64,000 nt of DNA from the human T2T-CHM13v2.0 reference genome, Homo sapiens. The stretch lies in NCBI RefSeq assembly GCF_009914755.1, contig NC_060927.1. One strand, 5' to 3'. Positions 14,791 to 26,927 of this stretch are shown here, in pieces (position 1 is the first letter of the stretch; every line of letters begins with the position of its first letter). The notes beneath the pieces are model-generated. The model ran no database searches. It was not told the DNA's origin and saw only the letters and a list, made by a program, of their open reading frames with translations. The translations under genes and the position numbers were made by a program.

Positions 14791-15269
14791 TACTATTATT
14801 CTCATTATCTTCCTTTTCAGCCTACCTCCTGGCACCCCATTCTGTCTCTTCCTCCTCCTATTTTTCTATCTTGTCACACAATCTTAAAGGACTCTGCTTC
14901 CAGCTATCTTGCTTACCTGGTATAGTGCAGAGATGGTATACACGATGCCTTCCAAGACTGGGCAGGTAATATGAAAGAGTGAAGGGAACTAGGTGTGAGA
15001 CAATAGGGGGTGTCCCCCAAACTATGGCAAACACTTGTGTTAAAGGGCCAGTCACTCCGGATATTTGTTGTTGTTAATGCCTTTTTGTTGTACTTTTACC
15101 GCATGGAAATATGGACTAGTGATGCCAAATTTTCAGATAATTAATGAGAAGTCAAATGTTTATTTTTATATGTAATTTTCCAATTTTTAAACACTCTTTT
15201 TAAGAATCTGTTAGACTACCAGTTGATGACCCCTGGATCAGGGGATTTTTAGCATCCTGTTCCTATATA

Positions 15270-16070
15270 GTAATAAAGAGCTGCAAATTTAGAAGTGTTT
15301 AAGAGGTCATCTAGTTGAACTTCCTACTTGATCAGAAATATTATTTATAATATACTAGAAAAGGTGTCATTTATCTATTCCTAGTCAGAGAGAACTAAGC
15401 ATCTCATGGAAAAAAACATTACACTTTGTATGTACAAACTCACTGAATTCTCTTATGAACCTCATGAGGTAGATGCTACTTTTTCCATTGTAATTATCAT
15501 GTCATCCAGGCTCAGAAAACTAATTTACTTCTTCTAAAGTCACAAAGCTATTAAGTGTCTGGTAGATTTTAAGAATGGAATTCCAGACTGTTTAGGTTTC
15601 AAAGCCAGTGCACTTAACCACTGGCTAAACAATTCTACTTGTTAAAATGCTCAGGGCTGATATTAAGCTGAAATTTGCTGCCCTGAAATGTCCACTATTT
15701 GGTCCCAGTTTTGCTCTCCTGAGACACAAATAATAAGTTTAATCTTTCTTCCACAAGACAGCCCTTCAAATATTTGAAGATGACTCTCCTCTGCCTGCTA
15801 AATCCTCTCTTCCCCAGGCTAAACATACTCATTTCTTTTCACTGACCCTCATAAGTCATGGCTTTCAGCCACTTCATCATCCTTGCACTGCTCCCCAGGA
15901 GAGTATTTCAATTTGTCAAAGTTCCTCTTAAACCGTGATGCTCGGAAGAGAACACAATCCCTCTGTGTAGTTACACAAGTGCAGGTCAGGATGGAACTAG
16001 CACCTCCCTGGTTTTGGCCACCATGCTTTTATTAATGCAACCTAAGTCATGCCAGATTTTTAGCAACTAT
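15270..16070 (-). mobile_element. L3/CR1 LINE fossil, interrupted by a MIR at ~15430-15625
   Basis: CR1 hallmarks: gaggtcatctagt, acagcccttcaaatatttgaaga, tcttccccaggctaaacat, ttattaatgcaacctaag. Confidence 0.8.
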
Positions 16071-16816
16071 GTAAAAAGAAAAGCAAACATTGAATATTGG
16101 TCCAACTTCACACTATAGAATTTTATTCTCTGCTTTTTTTTTTTCCAAACTTGAATTGAAGGAAAGCCACTTTTACTCACTCTACTCCTACCCAATATAT
16201 TTAAGCAGGTCATTTTTAAAACTCAAATACATTACTTAGTATATATTCTTATTAAATACCATCTTTATTTATTTACTGTTTTGGCCGATACTGATCTGTT
16301 TTGTTTTTTCTTTAATTTGACAATTATAGCAAAACAGAAGAGAAAGAAACATTTTCTGTAGTGTGACCACTTTTTCTTAAATACATTAAAAAAGGGTTTT
16401 TTCCTCTACCACTCTAATATTGCTCACAGATAAATCTATTTATATTTTCCCAAAAACAAAATTTTAGAAAGTGCTTTGCACACATTTCTGTTTTAATAGG
16501 ACCTTGCTATATTATTGCTTTGTTTAGTTTTTTAAAAAATTTGGAATATATGAAGAAGCAAAAACACTGAAAAAATCTGCTGCTTGCCATTTTACTTACA
16601 TATATGTATTATATATCTATATAATTATATGTTATATCTATTTGTATGTATGCATCTACCTTTTCATTCTTTTCATTCCAGATATTTCCGATTTCTGCTA
16701 TCTGATATACTCACTATCTCTTCTAGCTTTCTGTGATTCTGAGGTTAATCAAATATTCAGTAGGATTGGGCTGAGAACTTACCACTAGAAACTTCTCTCT
16801 AGGCCAACCTTTAGCC

Positions 16817-17037
16817 CAGGGGTGGGAAAACTATGGCCATGAATTAATTATTCTTCACCTGTTTTTTGCAAATAAAGTTTTTATTAAAAAAACTGCCACT
16901 TCCATTTGTTTATGTCTTGAGTAAGACTAGTTTTGCATTCTAATAGTACAGTTTAGTAATGGCAACAGTGACCAGGCTGGAAGTATTTGCTATCTAGTCC
17001 TTTATGGTCTTTTACAGAAAAGATTTCCCAATCTCTG
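16817..17037. mobile_element. MER58A (hAT-Charlie)
   Basis: caggggtgggaaaactatggcc...tttacagaaaagatttcccaatctctg; 8-bp TSD ctttagcc/ctttagtc. Confidence 0.85.
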
Positions 17038-17086
17038 CTTTAGTCATTAGTAAGTAGTCCCTGCATTCTGTTATTGAATTCATTGC

Positions 17087-17952
17087 TGAGAATTGAAACT
17101 AGCATAAATTCCTATCCCTGTACTAAACGGCACTGAAAGCAAAAATAATTTAGCTACTTGCTTCAGGAAATTCTTGCTTCTAGAGGACAAAACTTACTTT
17201 TCAAGACCAACATCATCATCTGTATCAAGAGCCTGACCTTCTTGTACTCATCAAATTAAAACTATTATGCCCTAATCTCTACCCACATTTAATCAGCTCC
17301 TCATCTTGCAAGAACAACCTTAAAATCACCTAACCCAGGTCACGAAGCCCTAAAAATATTGTTTTAAAAAAAAACTTCAGCTGAATTAAATTGAAAGGAG
17401 TTTAATTGAACAATGAACAATTCATCAATCAGGCAACCCCTGATTCTGGGGCAAACCCCAGAATCACAGCAGATTTGGAGAGACTCCAGGGATACCTCAT
17501 CATCAGAACAAATTTGTAGAAAATAAAAGGGAAGTGACTTACAGAAATAGAAAGCGAGGTACAGAAGCAGCTGGATTGGTTACAGATTGGCATTTGCCTT
17601 ACTTGAGCACAGTTTGAACACTCAGCAGCGTATGACTGGTTGAAACATGGCTGCTGGGATTGGCCAAGACTCAGCTATTGTTTCAGGCACATGTTCCTAA
17701 GTTAGATTTTCAATCTTGTCTACCTATTAAGTCAGGTTACTGTTGGTCCTCAAGGACTCAAATATAGAAATATGTATTTCTTCAGGCCATTTCTAGTTTA
17801 TATTAACAATATCACCCACTTATTTCTCCTTCTGAGAAAGTATTACAACTATGCCAAGTTGTATTCTCCCTGACTGTGGAAAGTCTAGCAAACTTAGATT
17901 TGTCCAATGAATAAGTATTTCTTGTCACCTTTTTAGGAACGGAAAGTCAACA
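17087..17952 (+). mobile_element. Older ERV LTR (family uncertain) split by the MER57-like LTR
   Basis: LTR-like layout: TATA-like taaaaatat before the insertion, U5-like end ...aaagtcaaca. Confidence 0.5.
17360..17808 (-). mobile_element. MER57-like ERV1 solo LTR
   Basis: tgtt...aacttcagctgaattaaatt...ggaagtgacttacagaa...ctggattggttacag...ttaaca; 4-bp TSD ATAT on both sides. Confidence 0.85.
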
Positions 17953-20280
17953 CTACAAATCCTCAAAGCTATAGCAGCGTCACTCATCCACATTCTTGTA
18001 TTCTGATTTATATAAATACAAAGAGCATTTCTATAAGATATAATTACCTGCACATTGCAGATAGAAAAACAGGTGCACACAGAGGCTGGAGCTATGCTTT
18101 GGTGATGTGTGCAGTGCCCCAGATCAAGAGGTCACATAGTAGGGGGGGACCCTCAATCAGGGATCTGCCTTCAAGTCCCAGGTCTCGTTCTAGGTCATGG
18201 ACTAAATTTTATTTAGTTAACTATCACCTATATATGTAAATAATGGCAACTACTTATCTCCTCTAGGCCTCAGTTTCCTCAGCTATGAAAATAGAAAGCT
18301 GACTTCTATTATCTATATAGTTTCTTTCAATTGTGAAATTCACTGAAAGTATGATTTTTCAGCAGTCTTAAAACTAATTTCTTCACACTAGTATCTTTCA
18401 GCAAGACTTCATGGCCTCAAGCAAAAGGCATATGAGAGATACTCTCTTGATGACTGAGTTAAGTTCTACAGCTTGGTTTCTCTGATTAAAAAAAAATTGT
18501 AGAAATGATTCTGACTATTTCCATAACAAACATATTTGCATTTATTTCATGCTGTTAACAACTTAACATGTAATCATGGCTCCTCTAGGAAAAGCAGTAC
18601 TGCTTCTTCTATGATCACATTAAACACGCTGTGTTACGTCTTTCTACTAATCTATCATCTATTATGGCTGCCTATTTTGAGAGCTTGGCATAACAATTAT
18701 CATAAGTGATAGCATTATATTCTGAAAACAAAGAATTTGATGGCACAATTTATCTTGCTACTTGGCCTAACTTAATGGTGGTGGGGTTTCCTAGTCTGTA
18801 CTATATTTTTCTCAGATCACAAATAGTTCACTTTTTAATTTATTATTGATTTAGCTTAAAAGTAAATAACTCCGTGAATGCTAAAGTTGGAAATCTGTTA
18901 TAAAAATTATTAAAAATCTTCTCTTCCTTCTGGCCATGGATGTTTATCACACTGAAATCAAACTGTGGAGCTACCTGAACAAAGTGAATTTGAGATTTTT
19001 AATTTATCTGGTGTAATTAACTGGTCAACTAAAAACAAAAGGGCAATTAGTGCTGCACACATTTGTTCTGATGATGAACATGGCAACTGAAAATGGATCT
19101 TGATCTTCACTATGAAATCCTTTAGTATCAAAGCAATGTTGCTGTAAATAAGGGGAGAACGAAGCCCGTGAGGAGTCACGCACTTGCAACAATGATGTCC
19201 TGATAAACTAAATCCACACCAGTAAGACAACTAGAGAGAGAAGTTGGCCAATATTTCAAAGTAATATTCCTCCTTGACCATTCTACTGCCCTGTACTTGA
19301 ACAGCAATAACCAAAGCCTTTTAGTAGTAGTTTCTACTTTTCCTGCTACCAATGTGAGAAAATCATTTCATGTACTGCAAAAGAGGTAAGAAAAAGGTAT
19401 AATTTGTAATTGACCTGAGGATTTCCATAAACAGTATGTATTAATGCACATAATTCTCCAGCGTCCAAGTCCATGTAACCTAGATGTATTTATAGAAATT
19501 AAAAAGCACAATGTTGACAGAATTGGACAAGAATAATTTTCTATTTTCCCCCACCATAGAGTAAGATGTTTTAAATTATTTTAGACATTCTCTGTAGCTT
19601 CTAAGTTAGGTTGGGAAGTACCAACCCTTCATGAGCACCTTTCAGAAGCTTATTACAGAGCTATGCATGCACATCTACTCTGCCTTTTTATTCAAGAAAT
19701 TGACCCTAGTTCTCACTGGAAAAAATAAAGTTGGAAAACTCCTCTGTAAAAGATAGATAAGAGAATAACAGAGGTGCCATCTCTGTTTAGGATAACTCTC
19801 ATTGTCTCTCAAGCCTGCCGGACAAACCAAGGTTTAACATGGCAGCCACCTTCCAGAATTTTCCTGATGCCTGAGGTCCAGCCATTATTTGACTTACACA
19901 TTTATTCCTGGTTTACTGGCAATTGTGCACATTTATAGACTGACGAATAGTTTTAGAGCCAGGAGATGGAGTGAGTGACAATTTTCCATTCCTAAAAAAA
20001 AAAAAAAAACGTGATTATTCTGAACCAAACAAAGAAACTCTTAATGTTGTTTGGGTTAAGCATAATTAGCACTGTGTATAACCTCACTGTCACAGCAATA
20101 ATTGCTGAGTTCTTTCATCTGCCTTCTGGGATCAGAAGCAAGTCAGTGATACATGGTGAGAAGAGGTCGTATAAAGGCAGGGCTCACAGTCTGCAGCTAC
20201 TTCAAAATACAGGACTGCATCTTTTTCTACTACATAGATGGTATTCTTGTTGAGTACGTATACACTGAATTAGAAAAATA

Positions 20281-20735
20281 CAGTTGGATAATCCTTTAAC
20301 AGAAATCTTCACAGCCAAATATATTTTAGAGTTTAGAATTCATTAAACGAGAGATCAGCAAAAGAAAATTCCAGAAGCTCGAAAGCCAGAAAGGGTCAGA
20401 TAATAAATATTTTCAGCTTTGCAAGCCATATGGTCTCTGGAGCAACTATTCAGCCCTGCCTTTGTAGCACTAAAACAGCCATAGACAATACATCAATAAA
20501 CAGGCATGTTGGGTTGCAGTGAAATTTTATTTACCAAAAAAAGGCAAAGAGCCAGATTTGGTCAGCAGGCTATGGTTTCCTGACCCTTGTTTTAGCCTTT
20601 AGAAAGGCAATGGGGTACGAATTCGTATGTATTTCTATATATTTATAAATTTGTGTGTACAAATTTATATGTATTTTTATTTGCATGCATATACATATTA
20701 TAGACAGATATGTACATTAAAGATACATATAAATT

Positions 20736-20770
<35 letters not shown>

Positions 20771-21000
20771 GTATATGCCCAATGAACAATACACTTATCA
20801 TCAACATCTCTGTTTCAGCAGAAAAATACATCAATATTTATAATAAGCTGGGTAAAAAGATCTAAGCAACCACACATTGCTTGGTGTGTATTGCCTGGGG
20901 ACAGTTCTCTGCCACCAAATAAATTTTGCTACCAAGCTTTCATGTAATTTTCAACTTTCAAAGATTCTTTTTAATTGCAAGAAAAGTGATTATAGACCTG
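20281..21000. mobile_element. MER46C (TcMar-Tigger) with nested MER58A and a (TG)n(TA)n tract
   Basis: ta|cagttggataatcc ... tttagaaaggcaat ... gattatagacctg|ta; TA target duplication. Confidence 0.7.
20348..20589. mobile_element. MER58A
   Basis: agggtcagataataaatattttcagctttgcaagccatatggtctctg...gccagatttgg...tgacccttg. Confidence 0.85.
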
Positions 21001-21599
21001 TACATACTCTTTCCTTGAAGTGTTTGAAATTATTACTTTTGTACTGAGCAATTTCATGCAAGAAAAAGTAAATACACGTTAGTTTATGAACCAAGATACT
21101 CACTGCTCTGGGCCAAATTATCATTTAAAAGACCTCATCTAAAACAAAATGCTGGTGATACATTTTTGAGACTCTTTTTAGGTTCTAGAAGTTTCTTTAA
21201 GTTAGATTTATATACTGGTTTTCCTTTATTACACCATTTTGCCTCAAGTGACCTGTAGGATTCTAGGAACCTAGAATTAATTCCTGTGGCTATTTTGCAT
21301 GTCAGTGACTAGCAGAAATTTTACTCACTGAATATTTCTACTCGATTCTGCTGTGAGTAAATAACTACACTTTTCTTAACTACATTGTTGTCATTGAGCC
21401 AGAGTATTCTCCTTCCTCAGGCAATTTAAACTTTCACAAATGAAACTTTTACAAATGGCAACCCATGCATAAATATTAGCTATTTAGGCTAGCAGTATAG
21501 AGGAATGCCAAATAAAACATCTTTCGGGCTTTGGCCTCATTATAGTATGCTGATAAGCAATCAGATGATAAAGGGCAACATTTGCTATGAAATTATACA

Positions 21600-21810
21600 C
21601 TGGATGGAATCAAACCATCTTAGAATATTAGAGCTGGAAGAAACTTGAAGGTGACTTCTAGGTCAAACCCTTCAATTTTCAAAGGAGGAAACTGACAATC
21701 AATGTGATTGTACATGAATCACTCAATGTTACTCAGCTGGTTAAGAGAAAGAGACAATAGTAGAAGCAAAATCTCTAGATTCCCAATGTAGCCTTTTTCT
21801 CTGTACCACC
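21600..21810 (-). mobile_element. MIR3/MIRc
   Basis: tagagctggaagaaacttg...attttcaaaggaggaaactga. Confidence 0.65.
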
Positions 21811-22055
21811 AGGTTGTTCAGCTGTCAAATGCAAACCTAGCTCATGCTTGCTGAATAGCTATGAGCTCTGCATTAGACACCACGCCGAGTATTACGAGTA
21901 AGTGTTACACATGGTGTTTATCGTCAAGGTAAAATGCAAAACCCTTGGCTTTTGGAGTCTTTGGTAAGTGCAAGCCTTAAGAGAAATACATTGAGTCAGT
22001 GTGCTCTAGAATCTTTAAGAGAAACTTCATATAAATTTGAGATAAACGATACAGG

Positions 22056-22380
<325 letters not shown>

Positions 22381-22483
22381 GAATGAAGGGGCTTGGGGCT
22401 TGTCGGATTACTTAGGTAGAAGGAGACAAAAACAAAATACAAACAGGACTAGGCAAAAATTTGTCTTCTTGGCTCAGGTAAGA

Positions 22484-22935
22484 TGTTTCATGATTCTACG
22501 GTACTGGGTATGATTCTAGGTTCTTTGGATGATGGAATGAATCACAGTATCACTTAGATACAGAAAAAGCAGAACTCTGCTTCTTACAGCTCCAAATGAG
22601 GCAAAGGGCACACAGGAAATTGTACCCAGGAACAGAACTACAGCAAGCGGGGACTGTTGGAGGTAGCTTGCGAATGGAAAATGGCATAGAGATGGCTAGG
22701 CTTTGCAGGCCTCCGGAGGATTGGGTATTTTAAACAATTTTCTAGCCCAAGGAAGTAGGGGCTGTTTCTGGGTGTTAGAGATTTGGAGATCTGTGGTATT
22801 TGGGTCTATGTGTATTATAACCCAGGATTATTAAGGCCTAATAAGGGATATATTTGGGGTTGAGTCTTAGCAAACTGTCCATGAAGGGGAACTGAAAGTT
22901 TTTAGCTGTAGCTGCAAACTTTCGTCAAGATAACA
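22484..22935 (-). mobile_element. ERVL LTR (MER54/MER76-like)
   Basis: tg...ggtactgggtatgattctagg...ttcttacagctccaaatgag...aaggggaactga...gtcaagataaca. Confidence 0.55.
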
Positions 22936-22999
22936 GTTGTGAGATATACCAGATCAACGGGTTTATTATCTCTTGATGACTTAATGGAGAGATTATACA

Positions 23000-23280
23000 C
23001 TTTTTCTGATAATATTGACAGAGGTCCTGGCTTCGACTGCCATTGGTTTCAATTAAGCAATATGCTGAATTTTTTACAAAATATTATAGCCAAAGAAATA
23101 GATAACTGATTGACAATGACCTGGTCATATGCTTGTCCCTGGAGCAAGAAGGTGGAGGCAAATAACTCCCCAGCTGTATTGTCTGATGGTACATAGGGAG
23201 ATGGTTCCTCAAAAGAAAGTCACAGACCTTTTATCACAAGAAGGAGACATTGGGTAAAAAAATAATGAATATCCGTTAAA
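23000..23280 (-). mobile_element. MLT1 (J/K-like) MaLR fragment
   Basis: tgattgacaatgacctggtcatatgcttgtccctggagc...ggttcctcaaaagaaa. Confidence 0.55.
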
Positions 23281-23408
23281 TAAGTGTACCATGTAATTTA
23301 CGTTATAAGCTGAGGCTTTTTTGAGAAAAAGAGTCTATTGATAATTCTGCCATGACAATTGGATACATGGAAACTGTCCAGTGAAAACAAAGATTTATGG
23401 CCATGATA
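23281..23408. mobile_element. MER81-like (hAT-Blackjack) MITE
   Basis: gtgtaccatgtaattta...tattgataattctgccatgacaa...actgtcca...tatggcca. Confidence 0.6.
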
Positions 23409-23779
23409 CCATTGTATAGGTTTTTAGGGAGATACAGACCCTAAGGAGGAATTCTATGCAAATTAAATGACATCTATATAGAGATAATACATAATGCACG
23501 TGCACAGGAAGTAGATCTTTGTCACTAGATTGGAAATATTTAGTAGTAGTCTCCTTGGAAAAGGAAGATTAGAAACCTATTGTGTATAGTCTTGAATATC
23601 ATTCCAAAGACTTTGGATGTTTGTGAAATTGAAAGTGATTAAAGTCTCCATTGCATAAACTGGCATAATTGGACCAATCTTTGTTTTAGGAAGAAAATTT
23701 TGGTGGTAATATTTAAATGAGTAGAAAGGACAAGAGATTTAAGGCAGGAAGACTATTCAGAGATCCAATTTTTTTTTTA

Positions 23780-24550
23780 ATCTTCAAAGCCACTACTCTA
23801 TTTAAAACCTTCATTATTCCTTTCTTGTACTACAAAAGTAGCCTTTAATTACTCTGTATAATTCCAGTTTTTACTCCATCTCTTTCATTCTCCACGGTAG
23901 CCAGAGATATAACATAAATTTTGATTCTGTTCTGCTCAACATTCTCAATTATGATCTGAAAGTACAGCATTCATATGCATTAACATGACCTAAATGTCTT
24001 GTATATTTCAGCCTCTTTCCCTTTCTCCAACCTTGTCTCATGCCGCAGTTCTTCTGAATATCAAACCGGACTTTCTCATATCTTTGAACAGGCAACTCAA
24101 GGCTTGCTATAGGACCTGAGCCCACTGTCTCTCTTTTGTTTAGGAAGCTAGTCTCATCCTTCCTTCATACCTATTGTAATCCCTACAGCTCTGCTGTTTT
24201 CATCCCATGTACACACACTCTTTGCCTGGCAAAGAGCTACTCATATTTCAAGCCTCAGCTAAAAAATGCTAACTGAATTCCACCCTATAAATCTCATACA
24301 TATTACATTTTTCTTTAATATTATCATATTTATACACAAATATTTTCCTGTGTGCGTAAGGTTTTTTTTGTTTTGTTTCTCTGTTTTTGTTAAATGTCTC
24401 ACAAGAGAACAGTGCCTCAAAGGTAGAAATGAAGGATTTTAGGCTCACCATTAACACCATAGTGCCCATTGTCTTGCAAAGAATGTGATTATATAAAGAA
24501 ACAAACAAATAAATAAATGCTTATGAAAATATAATTAATGAATGAATAGA
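23780..24550 (+). mobile_element. L2 fragments
   Basis: tcattctccacggtagccagag; end aattaatgaatgaat. Confidence 0.6.
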
Positions 24551-24985
24551 TATAACATATGATCTAATTTATGTAAGGCATTAAAGGCTGTGGTATCAAA
24601 AGGAATGGAAAGATGATGTCAGATATGAGAACATTTGAGAAAAACATTGACTCAATACCTATGTTGACCCCTGAATATTGTTTATTTTTCCTGTGATTTT
24701 TATCCTTTGATTAAATTTGGAAAGCATTTAACTTAAATTTTATTTAAACGTTAAGTATAATCAATGTTTTTGGTTTAAGATGAAGTAACTCATGACAGAA
24801 AGAAATGATTTTTACAATTTAAAAACACATCAAGAAATAAAAATTTTATTATTTATTATCATCACACTTAAACTCCATACACTTCCAATAAATATTTAAG
24901 GTTGCAAGAAAATATGTTTCCACTATGTTAAAGTTTCCAAAGGATCTTATCACTTGATATATAATAGTTTTATCAAATGTAACCT

Positions 24986-25180
24986 ACTACATCTCTTGAT
25001 AGAAAAGCTGCAAAATTATACCATAAAAAGGCCATAGAAATAATAAAGGCAATAATAGTGGCTGTTTTTGTAAACAATCAACCATAGTCTGTTACAATCA
25101 TACAGTTCATAATAACTGAGCTTAATTGTCAAGATTAATTGTTGAGCTTACCTACATGAGTTGTTACAGAACATGGACAT
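24986..25180 (+). repeat. 195-bp direct repeat, copy A (upstream of exon 2)
   Basis: Aligns without gaps to 26827-27021 with 5 substitutions. Confidence 0.97.
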
Positions 25181-25734
25181 AGATAAGTTTATTCTGAGCT
25201 TATTCTAAATTTTTATGAGTTTAGGAGTTTTTATGAACCTCTTATTAGATTTCTCTTTTGGGCTAAAGGCCAAACTAACATTTTATCTTGATTTCATTTA
25301 TCACTGCATAGCTTAAATGTCAAAATAAATTAGAGAAAATTATGATGCAACCCCTTAGGAAAAGCAAGTCTCGTACCTGAAAGATAACACTGCTAGAAAT
25401 TGATTTCTTGCAGAAATTTTGTAGCACAATATTAATTTTTCTCTTGTGATATTAGGACAAATAATGTTTTCTAATATTTGAGGTGTGAATTGAAATTAAG
25501 AAAATATGAGCTGACATTACTGGAACTCACAGAACAAATGTATGTGTAGAAAGCATCCATTTAGGTTGCTTTATTTTGGATAATAATATTAATATTAAAT
25601 TGAATTAATATGCAACAAAAATATGCTTATTAAAATATTCGTGTTTGTACGTTTTTCATTTCATGACAATTTTGTCTTTTTCAGACTCTTGAGATACTGA
25701 CTGGAAGATAGACTGTTTTGTTCCACCTGATTGT

Positions 25735-25770
25735 ATGGGAGAAATTTTTGACCTTAGAAAGTGGAAATGA
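25735..25770 (+). promoter_or_regulatory. Upstream ORF MGEIFDLRKWK* whose TGA overlaps the CNTN6 ATG
   Basis: ATG GGA GAA ATT TTT GAC CTT AGA AAG TGG AAA TGA, read directly. Whether it is translated is unknown. Confidence 0.6.
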
Positions 25771-25821
25771 GGTTGCTATGGAAACTGGTAATTCTGCTGC
25801 CACTCATAAACTCTTCTGCAG
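25767..25821 (+). CDS. CNTN6: Contactin-6 first coding segment (signal peptide MRLLWKLVILLPLINSSA + phase-1 G)
   Basis: ATG AGG TTG CTA TGG AAA CTG GTA ATT CTG CTG CCA CTC ATA AAC TCT TCT GCA G|gtaaag: 55 nt ending at a canonical donor. The peptide matches my recollection of the CNTN6 N-terminus and has signal-peptide character. Confidence 0.96.
25772..25785. promoter_or_regulatory. RFX X-box-like motif inside the coding exon
   Basis: GTTGCTATGGAAAC versus the palindromic consensus GTTGCCATGGCAAC (12/14). Confidence 0.5.
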
Positions 25822-26401
25822 GTAAAGTGTTCTATTATTATAAGTTTTGATTGATAAATATATTGGCATTGTATTTCTTTCTATGGGTGAAGCAATTTTC
25901 AAAATGCACAATTTGTATGTTATTTGAATGACTAAGTGATAATGTTTTGAAGGTAACTTCTATGACTCAGACAGGGAAAGTTTAATCCTTAAAAATGTAT
26001 CAAATGCCAGTTTTAAATGGAAACTAACATTATTACATTTATAAATTGGCAAATATGACATTTTTATACAATGTAATTATGTAATATTTAATTATATAAT
26101 ATACTATGACATTTTAATAAAAGAATGTAATTAAATATTTTTATCACCAATAAACAGTGAATAATTATTCTTATTTTCATTATAATGAAGTCTTTAAAAA
26201 ATTAAAATTAAAATACATATTTCTCTCATGTTTAGAAATTGATATGGCAAAAAAATCAAAGCTATATTCATTTAGAAGAAAAGATGATATAGAATGTTAC
26301 CTCAGAACTAGAAATAACCTTAGATATATTTTCTTTTTAATTATTTTAAAAGAATAGACAAGAACATGTTCTTTTATTCAACTTGAACATATTAATATCT
26401 G

Positions 26402-26927
26402 TGTATCAGTTAACTTTTGCTTTGTAATAAGCCACGCCAAATGTGAGTGTAATAAAATATCAAATAATCATGTATTTAGTTGACAAATCTGTGGGTTAAC
26501 AACTTACGATGGGCTCAAATGGGTCTTCTTTTGGTTTTTGCCTGGGTGCACTGCAACTTCGATGAGCTGAGTCATCTGAGACATGACTAGTCTAGAACAT
26601 TCGTAACTGAGACAACTGTGCTGCCATGGCTGTGGTCCAAATGTTACCCTCTGTGAGTCTGGGTTCTTTTACATGGTGGCTGCTCAGGGTTCCAAGAAAA
26701 CAAAAGACAGAAGAATGCAGCATTTCTTGATGCCAACGCTTGGAACTGCTACATTGCCATTTCTGTGAGTTATTTTGACAATTATAAGTCACAAGACAAG
26801 TTCAGCTTTAATAGATGTGGAATGACACTACATCTCTTGATAGAAAAGCTGCAAAATTATACCATAAAAAGGCCATAGAAATAATAAAGGCAATAATCGT
26901 GGCTGTTTTTGTAAACAACCAACCATA
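26402..26927 (-). mobile_element. MLT1 (G/H-like) MaLR LTR
   Basis: tgtatcagttaacttttgc...taagtcacaagac...atctcttgatagaaaagctgcaaa...tttgtaaacaaccaaccata. Confidence 0.75.

Larger units (their letters stand above)
25685..25821 (+). other. CNTN6: CNTN6 exon 2 (137 nt; 82 nt 5'UTR + 55 nt CDS)
   Basis: Acceptor: pyrimidine tract ttttgtctttttcag|ACTC with a branch-like atgac upstream. Donor: CAG|gtaaag at 25821/25822. Confidence 0.93.

Noticed and set aside
19070-19203. C/D-box snoRNA-like motifs (ATGATGA ... CTGA)
   Set aside because: No convincing terminal stem or recognisable rRNA/snRNA guide; expected by chance.
21260-21277. Short inverted repeat ATTCTAGG-AA-CCTAGAAT
   Set aside because: An 8-bp stem is expected by chance in 64 kb; no supporting context.
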